Source of the DNA: Marinoscillum sp.
GTDB taxonomy: Bacteria > Bacteroidota > Bacteroidia > Cytophagales > Cyclobacteriaceae
Assembly (NCBI RefSeq): GCF_040222955.1
Contig: NZ_JAVKCA010000010.1
Coordinates: 62,239-126,238 of the forward strand
Direction of reading: 5' to 3'
Length of the DNA: 64,000 nucleotides
Position numbers and translations under genes: made by a program
Notes under the pieces: generated by a model
What the model saw: the letters and a program-made list of their open reading frames with translations, nothing else
Told to the model about the DNA's origin: nothing
Databases searched by the model: none
Shown: piece after piece, positions 59,603 to 64,000 of the stretch
Position numbering within the stretch: the first letter of the stretch is position 1
Layout of the letters: every line of letters begins with the position of its first letter

Positions 59603-61653
59603 TCAAAGTCCTTTCAACTCATCCACGAGCATGGCTATTCCACTAATCATCTGTAGCTCCGTGCGCCCGCCATTCTCCCTGGCCTCTTCCAGCACCTGTT
59701 GGCTCCGGCTCACCCATCCGGAGGATGGTTTCCCGCCCGACTCAATAAGCCCGATGGCCTCAAGGCCAATTGCAGCCGCTCTGGAAAGATTTTCCGAAAG
59801 TGATTCTATCTCTGAAAGTGCCGGAGATCGTTTGATAATGGGCAGTACTTTTTTGTGATTATTGCTCCACAAATCCAATTGTGTTCGCAGTTGGCTGGCC
59901 TCCAGTTTTCCTGATAAATATCGACCTACGTCCTCATTGAAGACCCGGGCCACGGTAGCATCTGCAGTAGCCGCATCCGCCCAGAGCATAAAGGGAGAAA
60001 ATGTGGTGTACAGTGTGCCGTTGGTGTTTCTGGTGTATCCTTTCATGGGTTCTACCACCTCCACCAGTACCTTTAGGGGCTCTATCTCTCTGCTTTTGGC
60101 CAATTTTCTAAGAATGGCATTTCGGGAAGAGATATGCTTCAGTCCGAGCTGTTCCAGCTGGAGGCTTATGATCGACAGGCGCCTGTACATGTCCTGCACA
60201 TCGCGGATCTCCTCCGGTGACCACAGTCGCTCAGCCACAGCAGCCGCTCTTGGCCAGAGACGGCTATCAATCGTCTCAGGGATAACGAGCTCACTCCACA
60301 TGCACATCTCGCCGCCCAAAATACGGCTTCTCTCCGCTTCGGTAAGGTCCATCTCTGCTGGCGCCGGATCTACCAGGTAGTGCTGGCTGGCCGGCATCAT
60401 CAAATCAAGATAATACCCATTGGACAACACGGTCTCATAGCCTGCTCTGGCTGCATCATATAGTGTCTGCTTGGCCACCATACCTTCCCAGTTGCCTCGC
60501 CACGAATGGATGATGGCACTCTTGGGCATTTCAGGAGTCATGATCTCATCCCAACCCATGGTGTGTTTGCCATACTTGTTAAGTATTTTTTGAATCCTGA
60601 TGTTGAAATAGGTCTGTAAATCGTGATTGGTGGCCAGGTTATTGGCCTTCATAAAGGCCTGAATTTCCTCGTTTTCATTCCAATGTCTGCCCAGGTTTTC
60701 ATCTCCACCAATGTGGAAATAGGGATCAGGAAACACCTCAGCGACCTCAGAAAATAGCTCATCTAAAAAATCATACACTGCATCGTTGGTGGGATCCAAC
60801 GTGGGGTCAAATATGCCGGAAAAGCGTTCTAGTGTATAGGTAGTATCCTTGCTACCCAACTCGGGGAAGGCCACCAGAATGGCCGTAGCATGTCCTGGTA
60901 CGTCTATCTCGGGGATCACCCTGATCCCTCGCTGATGTGCATAGGCAATAATTTCATCCAGATCCTCACGGGTATAATATTGACCATCAGTGGAAAGCTC
61001 CAGCAACTCCGGGAATGCTTTGGTTGGAAACCTGAAACCCTGATCGTCTACCAGGTGGAGGTGAAGTACATTTAGCTTCACCGCTGCCATGGCATCCAGG
61101 GTTCTATACAGGACATCCATGGGCATAAAGTGGCGAGCCACATCCAGCATCAGTCCCCGCCAATGAAAACGCGGCGAGTCATGGATGGTAAGCACAGGGA
61201 AAATGTTTTGGCCATTACTGACTCCTACCAACTGAAGAAGGGTCTCCAGCCCTCTGATAGCGCCGATATCGGTCTGCGCTTTTAACTCAATGGACTCCGC
61301 ATCAATCCGCAACTGATAGCTCTCATCCTCATGTAGTCTGACCTCTCCCGGACGTTCCACACTGATGACGAGCTCAGCCCCGGGCAGTTCCCCACTTACC
61401 TTGTGCTGGGTGAAAAACAGGGCGGTTTTCTGATCCAGTCTCCGCAAAAACCTGGTAGCTTCATGAGCCAGTCTCTGGTGATAGTTACCAGTAAGAGAAA
61501 TGGAAAAATCTTTATTAAGAACAAATTGTCCTTCCCCTATCTCTACCTGCTTTGGTACAGGCATAAGATCTAGCCCGGTCTCCTGAGCACTCAGGTAAGG
61601 CCCAAATAGTATACAAACGAAAACCAGCTGGAATTGAAAAGATTTTTTAATCA
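59603..61653 (-). CDS. Glycoside hydrolase family 20 beta-N-acetylhexosaminidase
   Basis: GH20 catalytic motif HIGGDE, with the region HLHLVDDQGFRFP...RVIPEIDVPGHA. The signal peptide begins at MIKKSFQFQLVFVCILF, 18 codons into the track ORF that extends to 61708. I read this ATG at about 61653, and my codon-by-codon reading near 61680 did not reconcile perfectly with the track, so the start is uncertain by a few nt. Confidence 0.8.
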
Positions 61654-61945
61654 TCCTCCCGCTTTGGGGTAGAAGACCTGATAATATGCCGGATACCTTT
61701 AATGTCATTATGACTATAAGTTACAGTTATTTTAAAACTTCCTGCGAGTACAGTCGGAATAAGCTCACTAACCGACCATCATCTGTACTCTAAATAAAGT
61801 GCCCAAAGCACCTGAAAAAAATTTATTCGCGGTTTGGATTGTTTTCATCGACAAACAACTCCGGCTTGCCCTTGAATGGTCTCCAAGCGCTTCAGCGCTG
61901 AATTCGCACCAGTTTTCTGACTACTCAAGGTGCTTAAAGAAGGAA

Positions 61946-61974
61946 CAAAAAGCCTCCCGGAGGAGGCCTTTCAT
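61946..61974 (-). terminator. Hairpin plus T-tract after the SusD-like gene (terminator candidate)
   Basis: The minus strand reads aaaGGCCTCCtccgGGAGGCtttttgtt immediately after the SusD-like stop at 61995. Confidence 0.6.
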
Positions 61975-61994
61975 CTACTTATAAACACAATGTA

Positions 61995-63548
61995 TTATCT
62001 GGCGTCCCACCACACTTTGGTCAGGAACGTGTTGGTACCCTGTCTGCTGATGGCTTCTGCATAATTCGCTGAATTGTTAGAAGCCTCATGAGAAGGATAA
62101 ATCATTCGTCTTGGAATGACCCCTCCTGTAGCATTTCCGGGATAGTTCACCGGTGTCAGTTCCGGGTAACCCGTTCTTCTCCAGTTGGACCATACCTCAT
62201 ACCAGTCCAGGAATGACGCTACCCAGTACTGCGCGCCGATCATTTCCATACCATCGGCCGCCACAAATGGATTGGCTGCCAGGTAGGTAGTGATCTCATC
62301 TGCAGGCACCTCCGCTGTAGCGTTGTATTGAGTCAAAAACTCCATAGCGGCAGTCACCCCTGCCGTATAGTGCGACTGAGCGGTACCGCCCACACTATAA
62401 TTTCTTAACGCCGCTTCAGCAAGTAGTAACTCCACCTGAGCATAGTTAATCACGAAAGTGGGGCCCGACAGGCTGAGGAATATGTCATCACGAATGGTTG
62501 AGTAATTGGTAATGTCCCCGGGAAAATCCGGATCCGTACTCACATCAAATGCACCTCCGTTCTGATCCAGTCCATTTGGAAGTCCAATCTGATTGGCAGG
62601 GTCTGTATCGCCTGTGGCTTGTACCCTGGCAAAAAGACCGAGTCTCGGATCATTCGTGTCTGAGAGGAAATCCACGAAGGTTTTGCTCAGGAACACTTCA
62701 CCCGTATTCGTGGCATTCCATTCTCCAGCCAGAATGTTACTGTTTCTGTTCACAGTGGTACGGCCGCCTGCTGCATCATGCAGGATGAAAGCATTGTCTG
62801 CATTGGAGGTAAATACCCCTCCACTCACAGCCGTTTCAGCCCATTGTTTGGCCACTGTGGGTGCCACTTCTGTCAGTCGCATAGAGAGTCTGAGCATCAT
62901 GGAGTACGCCAGTTTTTTCCACTGACCAATGGGGTCTGCTGCTGATCCGTAGATCAAATCTCCTGAGCCCGGCAAGTCGCCACTCGCATCCAAGGCTTCG
63001 GCAGCTTCTTTTAGTTCATTCAGCATGTCTGTATAAATAAACTCCTGAGTGTCGTACTTAGGGGCATAAATCCCTTCGTGATAAGCCAGGCCAGCTTCTG
63101 AATATGGAATCTCTCCATACAAATCTGTCAGTCTGTGGAAAATGATTACTTTCATGATTCGGGCAATCTGATGCAGGTTAGCATAGAGCGGATCCGTTTC
63201 CGTGATATTCAACAGGTCCACGATGTATTTCACCTGATCATTGTAAGCCACATCAAATGACGCATTGGCCCAACCATCATTTTGCATGTACTTATCTCCT
63301 GCATACCAGCTCGCATTGGCCAGCTGCTGAGTCATCATACTCGAGTAAATGATGTTGATTCTCCAGGTATCATAGCTGAAATCACTATTCCCGGTATACT
63401 CCAGCTGAGCCCTCGAAAGATGGTAAGAAGGCACGTAGCTTTCCTTTGCCACCTTGTTTTTGTCCGTGTTGATGTCTTCAAATTCGGATGTACATCCGGA
63501 AAAAGTCACCGCGACAGTCGTAAGAACGATATATAATAGATTCTTCAT
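61995..63548 (-). CDS. SusD-like (RagB/SusD family) outer-membrane lipoprotein
   Basis: Lipobox VTFSGCTSE. A helical SusD-like fold is present. The diagnostic C-terminus is ...FLTKVWWDAR. It is 18 bp downstream of a SusC-like gene. Confidence 0.85.
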   Translation of the reverse strand: MKNLLYIVLTTVAVTFSGCTSEFEDINTDKNKVAKESYVPSYHLSRAQLEYTGNSDFSYDTWRINIIYSSMMTQQLANASWYAGDKYMQNDGWANASFDVAYNDQVKYIVDLLNITETDPLYANLHQIARIMKVIIFHRLTDLYGEIPYSEAGLAYHEGIYAPKYDTQEFIYTDMLNELKEAAEALDASGDLPGSGDLIYGSAADPIGQWKKLAYSMMLRLSMRLTEVAPTVAKQWAETAVSGGVFTSNADNAFILHDAAGGRTTVNRNSNILAGEWNATNTGEVFLSKTFVDFLSDTNDPRLGLFARVQATGDTDPANQIGLPNGLDQNGGAFDVSTDPDFPGDITNYSTIRDDIFLSLSGPTFVINYAQVELLLAEAALRNYSVGGTAQSHYTAGVTAAMEFLTQYNATAEVPADEITTYLAANPFVAADGMEMIGAQYWVASFLDWYEVWSNWRRTGYPELTPVNYPGNATGGVIPRRMIYPSHEASNNSANYAEAISRQGTNTFLTKVWWDAR

Positions 63549-63566
63549 GTCTCTTTCTTTAGATGA

Positions 63567-64000
63567 TTAAAACTTAATGCCAAGGTTGATTCCGTATGTC
63601 TTAGACGTGGGGAGTCCCAGGTACTCAATCCCCTGAGCGTTGCCATTGGTATAATTAGACTCTGGATCAATGTTAGGTGTGCTCTTTTTGATGTAAAAGA
63701 GGTTTCTGCCCACCAGTGAAATACTCAGCCCCTTGATATTGCCCAGATTAGGGAAGTTATAGGTAAGACTCAATGAGCGGAATTTGATGAAATCAGCATC
63801 ATACACCTGCAGCTTGGAAATACCCGCCAAGGCACCATAGTAGTTCTGATCGGTCACCGTAGATGACACAGTATTTCCATCAGCATCCACACCACTCACC
63901 GTGATTCCATCCCCACGGCCTTCCAGTGTTGCCTTGTGAAGACCATTGCCATAGGCTATGGCATTGGTACCAGAGTAGATCACTCCACCATATTTGAAGT
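63567..64000 (-). CDS. SusC/TonB-dependent transporter, C-terminal fragment (gene starts beyond the window end)
   Basis: C-terminal barrel strands end ...TSKTYGINLGIKF (aromatic terminus). It is immediately followed by the SusD-like gene. Confidence 0.8.
   Translation of the reverse strand, partial: FKYGGVIYSGTNAIAYGNGLHKATLEGRGDGITVSGVDADGNTVSSTVTDQNYYGALAGISKLQVYDADFIKFRSLSLTYNFPNLGNIKGLSISLVGRNLFYIKKSTPNIDPESNYTNGNAQGIEYLGLPTSKTYGINLGIKF

Noticed and set aside
1-64000. Search for tRNA/rRNA, CRISPR arrays, transposases or integrases
   Set aside because: I found no T-psi-C-like GGTTCGAATCC boxes in intergenic DNA and no regularly spaced direct repeats. I found no DDE, tyrosine or serine recombinase-like ORFs. 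The longest non-coding stretches (about 515 bp at 55885..56399 and about 400 bp at 37987..38387) lack such features.

Overview
This 64 kb window is chromosomal DNA from a Bacteroidota genome; the T9SS C-terminal sorting domains and SusC/SusD pairs point to a Cytophagia/Flavobacteriia-like organism. It is gene-dense, with about 50 genes and short intergenic gaps. I found no rRNA, tRNA, CRISPR array or obvious mobile element.

Main contents:
- **Housekeeping genes:** the 5' part of acs (partial), ruvB, queG, purU, dnaK, apbE and an aminotransferase.
- **Transporters:** an ActP-like Na+/solute symporter with its DUF4212 partner, a ZIP metal transporter, a YeiH-family exporter, a BCCT transporter and a TRIC/UPF0126 channel.
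- **Conserved gene pairs:** a lipoprotein alpha-2-macroglobulin with an intact CIEQ thioester next to pbpC, an NfeD-flotillin pair, and an ECF41-type sigma factor with an adjacent carboxymuconolactone-decarboxylase (AhpD-like) gene.
- **Signalling module:** a cytoplasmic hybrid histidine kinase translationally coupled to a small upstream membrane protein.
- **T9SS-secreted GH9 endoglucanase** outside any PUL.
- **A ~20 kb SusC/SusD polysaccharide utilization locus (PUL)** (about 35.3-55.9 kb, all on the minus strand). Its enzyme set is GH66 dextranase-like, GH15-like, a GH27-like enzyme with ricin-type lectin repeats and a T9SS C-terminal domain, and GH31. This predicts an alpha-1,6-glucan (dextran/isomaltooligosaccharide) target. 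It sits behind an unusual TPR-TM-HTH regulator.
- **The start of a second PUL:** a partial SusC, a SusD and a GH20 hexosaminidase.

The observations most worth a second look are the composition and secretion mode of the dextran-type PUL, a beta-barrel OMP gene interrupted by an in-frame TGA directly after its signal peptide, the split membrane-protein plus cytoplasmic hybrid kinase module lying between acs and actP, and an ECF41-like promoter motif upstream of the CMD gene.
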